Below are positions 1-22,467 of a stretch of DNA of 64,000 bases, in pieces (the first letter of the stretch is position 1; every line of letters starts with the position of its first letter). The position numbers and the translations under genes were made by a program. The notes under the pieces were generated by a model. The model had not been told where the DNA came from. It made no database searches and saw only the letters and a program-made list of their open reading frames with translations. Source of the stretch: the human T2T-CHM13v2.0 reference genome, Homo sapiens; assembly GCF_009914755.1 (NCBI RefSeq), contig NC_060926.1. One strand, written 5' to 3'.

Positions 1-424
1 TGAACCCGGGAGGCGGAGGTTGCGGTGAGCCGAGATCGCGCCATTGCACTCCAGCCTGGGCAACAAAAGCAAAACTCCGTCTCAAAAAATAAATTAATTA
101 ATAATAAAAATTAAAATAAAGCCAGGCACAGTGTCTCACACGTGCAACCCCAGCACTTTCGGAGGCCAAGACAAGAATTGCCTGAAGCCAGGAGTTCAAG
201 ACCAGCCTGGGCAACGGAGACCCCCATCTCTACAAAAAAAGTAATCAAGTGAGCTACTTGGGAGGCTGAGGAGGGAGGATTGCTTGAGCCCAGGAATTCA
301 AGGCTGCAGTGAGCTATGATCACACTACCGAACTCCGTGACAGAGAAAGACCTTGTCTCTTAAAAAAAAGGCTGGGCATGGTGGCCCATGCCCAGCACTT
401 TGGGAGGCTGAGGCAGGTGGATCA

Positions 425-728
<304 letters not shown>

Positions 729-761
729 TCAGCACTTTGGGAGGCCAAGGCTGGTGGATCA

Positions 762-998
<237 letters not shown>

Positions 999-1322
999 TC
1001 ATGTCTTTTCCCTTCCCTCTTCCTGCTAGCTGGGAAGTAGACATGATGAAGAATCATTTGCTGAGAATTGCAGTGCAACAAAATAGAGCCTGAGTTCCTG
1101 ACATTAAAGTTCGGCATTCCATCCCTGGACAACCTACATCCCTAGACTTTTTTCAGGTAACAAAAAAACCTGTTTATTTTTACTGATTGCTGGGTTCAAT
1201 CCTGAATGGTCATTTAGAAATATGGAGAAAAATAGCAAAACAAACAGTCAAAATAGACTTAAGAAGGAGAAAACCTGAATACATCATCATAGAGGGAATA
1301 AAAGCAAGTATTATTAAGCCAT

Positions 1323-7490
<6,168 letters not shown>

Positions 7491-7963
7491 AAACAGAGGA
7501 AGGAGACAGAGCAAGATGGCCAAATAGAAGGTGCCACTGATCATCCTCCCTGCAGGAACACCAAATTTGACAACTATCTACACAAAAAAGCACCTTCCTA
7601 AGAACCAAAAATCAGGTGAGTGATCATAGTATCTGGTTTTAACTTCAAATTATTGCTGGAAGAGGCACTGAAGAGAGTAGGAAAGACGGTCTTGAATTGC
7701 TGACACCACCCCACCCCCATCCCCCAGTAGTGGCCACATGCCACTGGCCCAGGGTGTGGAGAGATAATCTGTGAACTTGGGGGAGAGAGGGCGCAGAGTT
7801 TGTGGGACTTTATATTGGAACTCAGTGATGCCAACACCGGGCAAAACTCAGCCAATGCCCATAGAGAAAGCATTTAGAACAGCTCTAGCCAGCCAGGCAT
7901 GGTGGCTCACACCTGTATTCCCAGCATTTTGGGAGGCCGAGGCAGGTGGGTTGCCTGAGGTCA

Positions 7964-8671
<708 letters not shown>

Positions 8672-9567
8672 TCAGAACTTGAGTTTCAGCCAACCTCACC
8701 ACCATGGGCTACAGTACTCTGGGGTCCGAAATAAACGTGAAAGCCTATCTTGGCCACAAGGACTGCAATTCCTAGGCAAGTTCTAGTGCTGTGTTCGGTT
8801 CAGGGCCAGTGGACTTGGGGGGCCATGCAACCCAGTGGGATACCAACCAGGGCAGCCAAAATATTGCTTGCCTCATCCATCCCCTAGCACCAGGTAGTGC
8901 AACTCACAGCTCCAGAAGAGACTCCTTCCTTCCACTTGAGGAGAGGAAAGGGAAGAGTAAAAAGGACTTCATTTTGCAGCTTGGATACCAGCTCAGCCAC
9001 AGTAAGATAAGGCACCAGGCAGAGCCATGAAGTCCCCATACCAGGCCCTAGCTCCTGGATGACATTGCTAGACACACCCTGAGCCTGAAGGGAACCTATT
9101 GCCTTGAAAGGAAGAACCCAGTTCTCGCAGGAATTATCACCTGCTGACTAATGAGCCCTTAGGCCCTAAATCATCAGCAGTGGTAATCAGGTAATACCTG
9201 CCAGCCTTGGGTGAGATGCTGCGACTGATGACTTCAGGTGTGACCCAGCATATTCACAGCTGTGGTGGCTATGAGGCGAGACTCTTGCTTGAGCAATACA
9301 GAGGGAAAAATAAAGGGAACTTTGTGTTGCAAATTAGGTACCAGCTTGGGCACAGTGGGGAAGAGTAGCAAGTGAGTTATTGGGGTTCCCAATTCCAGGC
9401 CTTAGCTCTTGGATGGCATTTCTAGACCTACCCTGAGACAGAGGGGAGCCCACTACCCTGAAGGGTGAGTCCCAAGCCTGGTAACATTCACCAAAAGCTG
9501 ACTGAAGAGCCCTTGGGCCTTAAGTAAACATTGGTGGTACACTGGCAGTGCTCCCCATGGGCCTTTG

Positions 9568-9662
9568 TGTAGGGAAAAGAAAGAGATCAGACTGTTACTG
9601 TGTCTATATAGAAAAGGAAGACACAAGAAACTCCATTTTGATCTGTACTAAGAAAAATTGTT
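9568..9662 (+). mobile_element. LTR5 5' terminal piece
   Basis: TGTAGGGAAAAGAAAGAGATCAGACTGTTACTGTGTC...CTCCATTTTGATCTGTACTAAGAAAAATTGTT, then an AluY. Confidence 0.85.
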
Positions 9663-9726
9663 GGGCCGGGCGCTGTGGCTCACACCTGTAATCCCAGCAC
9701 TTTGGAAGGCCGAGATGGGCGGATCA

Positions 9727-9971
<245 letters not shown>

Positions 9972-10300
9972 TCAAAAAAAAAAAACAAGTCTTAAAACAT
10001 TCAAAAATTGGTATATACATGAGTGGAAAAAAGTTAATAGATACAGAATAGAGCACAAGCAGGATCTTAAAAAATGGTTTAAAAAGCCAGGCACAGTGGC
10101 TCATGCCTGTAATCCCAGCACTTTGGGAGGCTGAGGCGGGTAGATCAACTGAGGTCAGGAGTTTGAGACCAGCCTGACCAACATGGTGAAACTCCCATCT
10201 CTACTAAAAACACAAAAATTAGGCTGGGCGCGGTGGCTCACGCCTGTAATCCCAGCACTTTGGGAGGCCGAGGTGGGCAGATCACAAGGTCAGGAGATCA

Positions 10301-10795
<495 letters not shown>

Positions 10796-11281
10796 TCAAA
10801 ACAAGAGAAATTGGCTGGGTGTGGTGGCTCACATCTGTAATCCCAGCACTTTGGGAGGCCGAGGCGGGCAGAGCATTTGAGATCAGGAGTTTGAGACCAG
10901 CCTGGCCAAGATGGTGAAACCCCATTTCTACTAAAAATACAAAAATTAGCTGTGCATGGTGGTGGGTGTCCATAATCCCAGCTACTCGGGAGGCCAAGGC
11001 AGACTGCTTGAACCCAAGAGGCGGAGGTCACAGTGAGCCAAGATTGTGCCACTGCACTCCAGCCTGGACAACAGAGCGAGACTCTGTCTCAAAAAAAGAA
11101 AGAAAAAGGTCAGGCGCAGCAGCTCATGCCTGTAATCCCAGCACTTTAGGAAGCCAAGGTGGGCGGATTACTTGAGGTCAGGAGTTTGAGACCAGCCTGG
11201 CCAACATGGTGAAACCCCATCTCAACTTATAAAATACAAAAATTAGCTTGGCATAATGGAGTGCGCCTGTAATCCCAACTA

Positions 11282-11401
<120 letters not shown>

Positions 11402-12635
11402 TCAAAAAAAAAAAAACCAAGAAGAAGAAGAAGAGAAACTTCAAATTATGATACATCTTAAAGAATTAGGTGCAGTGGGCCGGGCGCGGTGGCTCACGCC
11501 TGTAATCCCAGCACTTTGGGAGGCCGAGGCGGGCGGATCACGAGGTCAGGAGATCGAGACCATCCCGGCTAAAACAGTGAAACCCCGTCTCCACTAAAAA
11601 TACAAAAAAATTAGCTGGGCGTGGTGGCGGGCGCCTGTAGTGCCATCTACTCAGGAGGCTGAGGCAGGAGAATGGCGTGAACCCAAGAGGCAGAGCTTGC
11701 AGTGAGCCGAGATTGAGCCACTGCACTCCAGCCTGGGCGACAGAGCGAGACTCTGTCTCAGAGAAAAAAAAAGAAAAAAAGAATTAGGCGCAGTGGTTCA
11801 TGCCTGTAATCCCAGCACTTTGCGAGGCCGACACGGGCAGATCACTTGAGGCCAGTAGTTTGAGACCAGCCTGGCCAACTTGGTGAAACCCCATCTCTAC
11901 AAAAACTACAAATATGAGCCCGGCGTGGTGGCACATGCCTTTTGTCTCAGCTCCTTGGGAGGCTGAGGTGAGAGGATCACTTGAGCCCAGGAAGGGGAGG
12001 TTGCAGTGAGCCAAGATGGTGCTACTGCACTCCAGCCTGGGTGATAGACTGTCAAACAAACAAACAAACAAACAAACAAAGATTAGAAAAGCAAGACCAA
12101 ACCAAACCCAAAATTAGTAGAAGGAAAAAAATAATAAAGATCAGAGCAGAAAGAAATGAAATTGAAATGAAGAAAACAATACCAAAGATCAATGAAACAA
12201 AAAGTTGTTTGGGAAAGTTAAAAAAAATTGACAAACCTTTAGCCAGACTAAGAAAAAAGAAGGAAAATCCAAATAAATAAAATCAGAGATGAAAAAGGAG
12301 AAATTAGAATTAATAGTGCAGAAATTCAAAGGATGATTAGGGGCTACCGTGAGCAGCTACATGCCAGTAAATTGGAAAACCTAGAAGAAATGGATAAATT
12401 TCTAGACACATCCAACCTACCAAGACTGAACCATGAAGAAATACAAAATCTGAACAGACCAATAACAAGTAATGAGATCAAAGCCATAATAAAAGAGTCT
12501 CCTAACAAAGAAAAGCCCAGGACCCAATGGCTTTATTTATGAATTTTACCAAATATTTACAGAAGAACTAATACCAATCCTACTCAAACTATTCCAACAA
12601 ATAAAGGCAGAGGGAATATTTCCAAACTCATTCTA

Positions 12636-13694
12636 TTAAGTTGGTGCAAAAGTAATTGCAGTTTTAGACCCTGAATTTTAAATCATTATAACTAGGCTCA
12701 AACACATCTTTATTAATCAAAATAGGAACCATTACAATCAACACATTTTGCCAATGAGAAATAAGTTTGTTTATTCCTGTAGTGTAAAAATCCACGTTTT
12801 GGTATTTGACAAACTCTTGGAAAGCATTTTCTGTGTCCTGCTGGTTGTGGAAGTATTTTCCCTGCAAAAAGCTGTTGAGATGCTTGCAGAAGTGACAGTC
12901 AGTTGGCGAGAGGCAACTCTCACCAGTGAATATAGCAAATGAGGCAAAACTTCATAGCCCAATTCATTCAACTTTTGAAGTGTTGGTGGTGAGACGTGCG
13001 GTGAGGCATTGTCGTGGAGAACTGGGTCCTTTCTGTTGACCAATGCCAACTGCAGGCATTGCATTCTCAGAGCAACTCATTGATTTGCTGAGCATTCTTC
13101 TCAGATGTAATGGTTTTGCTGGGATTCAAAAAGCTGTAGTGGATCAGAGCAGCAGCAGACCACCAGTGACCATGACCTTTTTTTTTTGGTGCAAGTTTGG
13201 CTTTAGGAAGTGCTTTGGAGCTTCTTGTCAGTCCAGCCACTGAGCTGGTTGTTGCCAGTTGTCATATAAAATCCACTTTTAATCACACATCACAATCCAA
13301 TTGAGAAATGATTCATTGTTGTTGAGTAGAATAAGAAAAGACAACACTTCAAAACAGTGATTTTTTAGATTTTTGGTCAGCTCACGAGACACCCACTTAC
13401 TGAGTTTTTTCACCTTTCCAATTGGCTTCAAATACCGAAAGACCAAAGAATGGTCGATGTCGAGTTCTTCGGCAACTTCTCGTGTAGTTGTAAGAGGATC
13501 AGCTTCGATGATTGCTCTCAATTGGTCGTTGTTAACTCCCCATGGCTGGCCACTATGCTCCTCATCTTCAGGGCTCTCATCTCCTTTGCAAAACTTCTTG
13601 AACCACTACTGCACTGTATGTTTGTTAGCAGTTCCTGGGCCAAATGCGTTGTCAACATTACAAGTTGTCTCCACTGCTATAACCCATTTTGAAC
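12636..13694 (-). mobile_element. HSMAR1 mariner DNA transposon, decayed, 5' end missing
   Basis: TA + TIR TTAAGTTGGTGCAAAAGTAATTGCAGTT; transposase fragments FKMG, AFGPGTAN, RAIIEADPLTTTREVAEEL and LHDNA with stops and frameshifts. Confidence 0.93.
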
Positions 13695-13696
13695 CT

Positions 13697-14983
13697 GCAA
13701 GGTGTGGCAGACAGCCCAGGACAACGAGAGGGACTGCAACATCACGGATGGTGACTACTACGAGGTGGACATCAACAGGCAAGATCCTGGCCTGCAGGTA
13801 CCATGTGGCTGTGGCATTGCCGAGGCTGGCGAGCTCCAAGAGCAGCTCAGGGCACTGCGCAGCAGGCATGAGGCCCGCGAGACCCAGCACGCTGAGGAGA
13901 GGGCCTATACAAGGCCAAAGTCCAGGCGCTCACCGCGGAGGTCTCCCTGCTGGAGAAGGCCAGCTGCCAGCACTGGCCCAGCTGGAGAAGTTGCTGAAAG
14001 TGAGCAACATTGCCGGTGAGACGCAGGGCCAGCCTGAGTGTGGCCCAGGATGAGCTGGTGATCTTCAGTGAGGAGCTGGCCAACCTCTACCATCACGTGT
14101 GCATGTGAAACAACTGGAGGCCCAGCTCTGTCATGGGGGACTACTACCTGAGGGCCAGGGCGGGGCCAGCTGCACCAGCCCCATGGGCAACTCCTCCATC
14201 CTCCTACCCAGGGGGCTGCTGGCTACAGAGGCAGGCCAAGCACACAGCAGGACCAGGGACATCAGCCCTTCATGTAGCCCCTTGCTGCCATCACCCCTGG
14301 GTGACCCATGCTGGGAGCCCATGAATATCTACCACTTGATTCGTATCATCTGCCACCAGATCAAGCACCTGCAGGCAGCTGTGAACCACATAATGGAGCT
14401 GTTGTGGCAGCGCATCGCCTCGCAAGAGCTGGGCCCAACCACGGACAAGTTCAAGGAGGCTCTCGTGAAAAAGATCCTCAAGTTGAAGTCGCTGCTCAGC
14501 ACCAAGTGGGAGCAGCTCACCACGCTGCACACTGTGCTGCAGGCCAGCCAGCAGGCAGCCAAGGTGGCCCTCTCCAAGCTGAAGGGCAAGTAGGAGAAGA
14601 AGAAGACCATGGTTACCAAGACCAGGATGAAGCTCTGCAATGAGCTCCAGGTGCTCGCCTCTGAGGAGGACGTGGCCACCTTCTCCTCACTGTGCACCAG
14701 TTTGCCACCAGGTGAAATGAGTACATCACAGCTGGAGGAGACGCAGCAGCAGCTGTCAGCTGCAGAGGATGAGAAGGCACTGAACTCACTGCTGTGCATG
14801 GTCATCCTGCAGAAGCTGGCACTGACCCAGTGGCTGGAGCTGCTCAAGCTGGACCACACAGACCTGGTGTGACCCCACCAAAGCTGCCCCCAAGGCCAAG
14901 CTGGCCACCCCAAGCTTATGTTATGCCTGCACCTGCGCCAGTGACAGGGCCAAGGGCACTGGGCTGACCAACCAGGTGTTCCA
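13697..14983 (+). pseudogene. 5'-truncated processed pseudogene of the Bicaudal-D family, BICD2-like
   Basis: Frameshifted fragments [71 protein letters not shown] and LSAAEDEK; no introns; several stops and frameshifts. Confidence 0.9.
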
Positions 14984-15679
14984 CATTATAGGTGTAAGCC
15001 ACCTTGCCTGGCCCATTCCCCGAGTTTTTAATGGGAGGGAAAAAAAGCTTTAATGTTGGTCAGAGTGATGGCTCATGCCTGTAATCCCAACACTTTGTAA
15101 GGCCGAGGCAGGAGGATGGCTTGAGCTCAGGAGTTGGAGACCAGCCTGGGCAACATAGCGAGACTGAGACCGTATCTCTACAAAAAAGTAGCGGGACATG
15201 GTGGCATGCACCCGTGGTCCCAGCTTCTTGGGAGGCTGAGGTGGGAGGATCACTTGAGACCTGCAAATCAAGATTGCAGTGAGTCATCAACACGCCACTG
15301 CACTCAGCCTGGGCAATAGAGTAAAAAAAAAGCTTTAATGTTGAGCATGTCGAAAGCTGCTGCGTGGAAAGGCCTCTGTACAGGCTGAAGATCCTTCCCT
15401 GGCTGCCAGGCTTGCCAAGAGCCCTCTAGAAACACGGGGCTCTCTGTTACACGGGGCTCTTTGTTACAATGTTCTTTTTTTATCTGATCAACATGTGCAC
15501 TTTTGATATTTTGATACTATATTTGCTTCCTTAATTCCTCATGCACTGACAGTCTCAGATGCTGTGGTCTATGCTCATGGGCCTGTCGCTGCCTGCCCAC
15601 CTCCCTCTGTGTTGGTCTGGTGTCAGCACTAGGCAGAGCTGTGTGCTCTTAGCATGTAGGTCTAGACTGTGGAGATTAG

Positions 15680-16015
<336 letters not shown>

Positions 16016-16123
16016 TGAACTCTTGACCTCAGGTGATCCGCCTGCCTCGGCCTCCCAAAGTGCTGGGACTACAGGCGTGAGCCACTGCACCCAGGCTTTT
16101 TTTTTTTTGTGTGTGTGAGATGA

Positions 16124-16258
<135 letters not shown>

Positions 16259-16463
16259 TGACTAATTTGTTGTGTTTTTAGTAGAGATGGGGTTTCGCCA
16301 TGTTGGCCAGGCTGGTCTCGAATTCCTGACCTCATGTGATCAGCCCACCTCAGCCTCCCAAAAGTGGGATTACGGATGTGAGCCACCATGCCCAGCCAGA
16401 TTTCTTATTTATTTTTGAATCAATGATTGATGAGAAGCAATTGGCATTGGGTCAGAATTATAA

Positions 16464-16757
<294 letters not shown>

Positions 16758-17458
16758 TGAACATATTTTTTGATTCAGCTGTTCCAATCCCAAGAACTTA
16801 TTTCAGTTATATGTTGCTATATGCTAAAGTTCAGTGGCATAAAACAATAACCATGTTATTATGCTCACAGATTCTGTGGTTCAATAAGGGAAGTAACTCA
16901 AATGACAGAGGCTTGGAGTCACTAGCATCTGACTTGAGATGACTTGAAGATCAGGGCTTTCCAAAGGTTACTTACATGTAGTCTTTCTATGTGATAGGCT
17001 TCTCATAGCATGGTGACTGGATTCTAAAAGGTAGCCCTCCAACAGGGAGCTGCCAGAGAGCAGGTGTTCTATGAAGACCAGATGGAAGTTGCATGACCTT
17101 TTATGACCTAGAATGATGTCTCCCATAGTCCATTTTCTGAAGCAGTTACTAGTTCCAAAGAGCATGTGAAGTGGGAGATATTGTTGCAGACATTTCTGGA
17201 AAATACAATCTGTCAGACTTTTTACACGAATACTTGTATCTGTTAAGTGTAAAAAGGGGGGCAGAACAATAATTACAGCAATCTCATTCGCAGAGTTTTA
17301 CAATGTGTACATATGGGCAGGTGCAAATGCATAGAGAGAGAACCAGAAAGTAATGGGATTTTCTTTTTTCTTTTTTGAGACCGAGTTTCGCTCTTGTTGC
17401 CCAGGCTGGAGTGCAATGGTGCGATCTCAGCTCACTGCAACCTCTACCTCCTGTGTGC

Positions 17459-17660
17459 GAGCGAGGGAAGAAAGAAAGAGGGAGAGAGGGAGGGAGGGAG
17501 AGAAGGAAGGAAGGAAGGAAAGAAGGAAGGAAAGAAGGAAGGAAGGAAGGGAAAAAGATGAAAGAAAGAAAGAGAGAAGGAAAGAAAGAAAGAGACAGAA
17601 AAAGAAAGAAAGAAGGAAGGAAAGAGAAAAGAAAACAGAAAAGAAAGGAAAAGGAGTATG
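17459..17660 (+). repeat. Purine-rich (GAAG/GAAA)n low-complexity tract
   Basis: About 200 nt almost entirely A/G; a similar shorter tract at about 21950-22062. Confidence 0.9.
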
Positions 17661-18494
17661 AGGAAATGTATGGGCATTGTGGAGATGTTCTTTCTTTTCT
17701 TCTTTTTAATCAGCCATATGCTAAGAAAATGTTGTAACTGAATATTGGTTGTGGTGGTGGCTACATGTTCATCTGTCAAAATATTGTACCATGCGCTTAA
17801 GATGGGTAAACTTATTGTATGTAAATTACACCTAAAGAAGGCTGATTTTAAAATTATCAAAATATCAATGTTGAAAACATCAGTTCTCAAGAAATAATAT
17901 AAGCTATGGATGCCTTCAAATTCCCAAGAAAAGAAAAATTTAAGGCAACATGTATATAAGTATGAATCTACACAATGCCATTAATTAAGGTCCAGGGATT
18001 AGAAACACAGGGGTTTGACCCAGGAAGGTGGTGGGTTAGGGAGGAAAAAAAAAAAAAAAAGAAACACAGGGGTTTTCAGAGAGATGTGAGACACACAAGG
18101 AGAAATCTTCTAGAACCTACAATCCAAAGTGCTTTATGGTTGGGGGTGGGTGAGCTTGAAAAAAAAAAAAGCTCTATGAAGGCGATGTAGTGGGAGTTAT
18201 TCCATGGTTGGCATTTGCCAAATTTATAAACCTAGCAAGTAGAGTGAATTTCACAAGATTCAAGGAAACAAAGCTTATGGATGTAGATTTACGAATGTCT
18301 TAGTTGCCAATTGACATACAAAATGAAAAACCAGAGTCTTGCTATTTAGGATAAAACACCAAGTTTTTGTTTTTAGAGATGGGTTCCCACTGTTACCTTA
18401 GCTGGACTCCAATTCTTGGTCTCAAGCGATCCTCCTGAGTAGCTAGGACTATAGGTGCAAGTCACTGTACCTGGCAAGAGTGAGTCGCGGGTCA

Positions 18495-18596
18495 AAAGCT
18501 TACAGCACCCCGTAGGAATCCCACCCAAGGACTAACCAGGCCTGAGCTTGCTTAGCTTCTGAGTTCAGGTGCATTCAGGGTGGTAGGGCTATAGAC
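18495..18596 (-). pseudogene. 5S rRNA pseudogene
   Basis: Reverse complement GTCTATAGCCCTACCACCCTGAATGCAC...GAAGCTAAGC...GGCCTGGTTAGT...GGTGCTGTAAGCTTT aligns to 5S rRNA with two deletions of about 10 nt. Confidence 0.9.
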
Positions 18597-19586
18597 TGGT
18601 TTTGATTTGGCTGGTCTTTGTTAACAAAGCCCAAGGGACCCTTTTTATGCTCACTTTTCTTCCTTCAGTATTGTATGCCTGGGAATTCTGCTTCTAGCTA
18701 TGGTAGGATCACTTATTCCAACAAACCCTCTCATTAAAAATAACTAGAAAACCTGGACAAAATGTAAAATACTTAAGTTAAAAAACCCCAAGCAGTTACC
18801 AAGGCAGTGATGACTTGAGGGGCTAAGATCCCTGAGAAAGGAAAAGGGCGGTCCAAAGGGGTCAACTCTTCAAAGTATTGGGAGAATTTACAAATGGCAG
18901 CTGAGAGCTGACTGGCTATAAACTGGAGGTTTGTAGTTCCCATGACTTCCTCTTTGGGTTCAGTAATTTGGTAGAAAAGCTCACAGGACTCAGGAAAGCA
19001 GTTTACTTCTGGATTACCAGTTTATTATAAAGGATACAACTCAAGAACAGCCAGGTGGAAGAGCTGCCTAGGGCAAGGTACCAGGGAGGTGCGTGGGCTT
19101 CCAGGCCATCTCCAGATTTCACCATGTTGCCCAGTCAGGTCTTGAATTCCCGGACTCAAGCAATCTGCCTGCCTTGGCATCCCAAAGTATTGAGATTACA
19201 GGTGTGAGCCACTACCCCCAGGTGAATTGCTTGAGCCCATGAATTCAACTCCCAAGTAGCTGGGACTACAGAAGCATGCCACCACACTTGACTATTTTTT
19301 AACTTTTTGCAGACAGCATCTCCCTATATTGCCCAAGCTGGTTTCGAACTCCTGGGCTCAAGCAATGTTTTGGGTTCCCAAAGTGTTGGGATTATAGGCA
19401 TGAGCCACTGCATCTGGGCAGTGAACGTTTTTTTGGAGATGGGGTCTCACTGTGTCACCCAGGCTGGAATGCGGTAGCATGGTCCCAGCTCACTGCAACC
19501 TCCGCCTCCCAGGCTCAAGCGATCCTCCCACCTCAGCCCCACCAAGTAGCTGAGACTACAGGTGCATGCCACCACACCCAGCTAAT

Positions 19587-19620
<34 letters not shown>

Positions 19621-19621
19621 A

Positions 19622-19975
<354 letters not shown>

Positions 19976-20339
19976 TAAAAACTCTTAAGAGTAGGGGTGG
20001 GGGGAAGCAAAGAAGAGGATGTAGAGTCGACACGGGAGGGTATTGCAATTTTAAGTAATGCAGTCAGAGGATAGATACTTCACTGAAACGAATAAACTCT
20101 TGAATGACGGGAGGGGAATGTGGATATCTAAGAGGATGGACTATACTTGGTGAGGCGATAGCGCCGCATGTGGGGGAAAAGTAGCCACGTGGTCAGGAAA
20201 GTGGAGTGGCACAGGCGATATTGTAGACCTTTTTAAAGGTGACTGTAAATACTTTCGTAAAACTGACATGGAAGTCATTGGAGGATTTTTTTTTTCCATT
20301 TTCTCCCCAAAAGCAGGATCTGAAGCCATTGAAGATTTT

Positions 20340-20912
20340 TCCCCTTGTTTCTTTTTCTTTCAATAGTTTTGGGGGAACAGGTGGTTTTTGATTACATAGG
20401 TAAGTTATTTAGTGGTAATTTCTGAGATTTTGGTGCACCCCGTCATCCAAGCAGCGTATACTGTACCCAATGTGGTCTTTTATCCCTCACCTCCCTCCCA
20501 CCCTTCCCCAAGTCCCAAAAGTCCATTATATTATTCTTATGCCTTTCCGTCCTCATAGCTTAGCTCCCACTTACAAATGAAAACATACAGTATTTGGTTC
20601 TCCATTCCTGAGTTACTTTACTTAGAATAATGGTCTCCAGCTCCATCCAGGTTGCTGTGAATACCATATTTTGTTCCTTTTTATGGCTGAGTAGCATTCC
20701 CTGGTGTATACATACTTTTTTTTGTGACACAGCCCTCAGGAGGTCCTGAGGACATGTGCCTGATATACCACATTTTCTTTACCCACTCATTGGTTGATGG
20801 GCATTTAGGCTGGTTCCATATTTTTGCAATTGCAAATCATGCTGCTGTACACATCTTTTTCATATGACTTCCTCTGGGTAAGATACCCAGATTGCTGGAT
20901 GAAATGGAGATT
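20340..20912 (-). mobile_element. L1PB-type 3' end
   Basis: ttcaatagttttggggaacaggtgg...agctcccacttac...tttttatggctgagtag, antisense L1 3'UTR/ORF2 end. Confidence 0.8.
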
Positions 20913-22467
20913 TTGACATGAGTGATATAATAGTTTTAACGGCTTACTCTGGCTACTATGTTAATAGATTGGGGATAGGTAGGGTGGGTGAACTGACTGC
21001 CTTGATGGCCCAAATTCTCCACCTCTTTTGCCCTACAACCCTGCAGTACCATGATTCTGGATGGAGCTGTGTGACTTCTCTAACAAATGGGATGTTAGCA
21101 AATTTGCTCTGGACACCATTCCTGAGGAACAAGCCTCAAAGCCTGGAATTAACTCCCTACCTTTTAAACCTAAGAAAATATAGGCCCTTAAGGTTTGGTT
21201 TGTCAATCCAATCTAACACATTTTAGTCAAACATGTAACTAATGTACTTTTGATTCTCATTGGTACAAATGATTACCCACACCACCATTTACAATGGCAA
21301 TTTACATTAACACAAAATTTAGGATTCAGGCCAGGTGCCATGGCTGAGGCTTGTAATCCCAGCATCTGGGAGGACGAAGCGGGTGGATCACTTGAGGCCA
21401 GGAGTTCCAGACTGGCCTGGCCAACATGGTGAAAACCAGTCTCTACTAAAAAACACAAAAATCAGCCAGGCGTGGTGGCTGACATCTGTAATCCTGGCTA
21501 CTCAGGAGGCTGAGGCTCAAGAATTGCTTGAACCTGGGAGGCAGATGTTGCAGTGAGCTGAGATCACGACACTGCACTCCAGCCTGAGCAATAGAGCGAG
21601 ACTCTGTCTGCTTACAATCTCTGAGGCCTAATTGCATTTTTTTTTTGAGACAGTCTCATTCTATTACTCAGGCTGGAGTACAGTGGTGCCATCTGGACTC
21701 ACTGCAAACTCCACCTCCCGGGTTCAAGCTATTCTCGAGCTTCAGCATCCCCACATAGCTGGCATTACAGGTGCTTGCCACCATGCCTGGCTAATTTTTT
21801 AGTAGAGATGGGGTTTCACCATGTTGGTCTCAAACCTCAAACTCCTGGCCTCAAATGATCTGCCCACTTCGGCCTACTAAAGTGCTAGGATTATAGTTGT
21901 GAGCCATCGCACCTGGCCAGCATTTAAAAATTTCTGAAAGAAAGAAATGTGGGGAGGGGAGGGGAGAGGATAGAGAATGAGAATCTGCTGAGGGAAAAAG
22001 AAAGAGACAGAGAAAGAGAAAAAAGAGAGAGAGAGGAGAGAGAGAGACAGAGGGAAAAGAAAGCCCCCCAAACCCAAAAAACAACTGTGGAAAGATCTAA
22101 GCCTCAGGATCCCAAATGGATCAAACATAGATGAAACCAGACAAAAATCTGCTGTATTACACACACTCACACTTGATAAATTCACAGACTAGGCTGCAAA
22201 GGAATGAAAGCTCCACCACAGTGTGATTCTGCAAATGACTTCAGATCCTGTGCAACAATTAACAGCAAACCGCAATACCAAGTTTGAGTAGGAATAAAAT
22301 GGAACTCTTCTCGGCTAATCTTAAGTTCTGTGTGTCCCATAATCTAGTTTCATTACATTTAACTTAGGGGGCAATGTCTCAATCTTGACAATCCCTAAAA
22401 TGGAAATGAAGCTAAATTTTCCCAAAGACTTGAGGAAGTCTCCAAAAACAGAAATCTATGTCCATTC

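Noticed and set aside
12636-13694. HSMAR1 as an active or domesticated transposase
   Set aside because: Several stops and frameshifts, and no start codon or 5' TIR
13373-14913. Long ORFs of 226, 164 and 194 aa as a novel chimeric gene
   Set aside because: They are antisense mariner sequence plus GC-rich pseudogene frames, with no promoter or splice evidence
18495-18596. Functional 5S rRNA gene (likewise functional U6 or Y4)
   Set aside because: The 5S copy has internal deletions and substitutions; the U6 and Y4 copies have a TSD or tail and substitutions typical of retrocopies, which do not carry the external Pol III promoter
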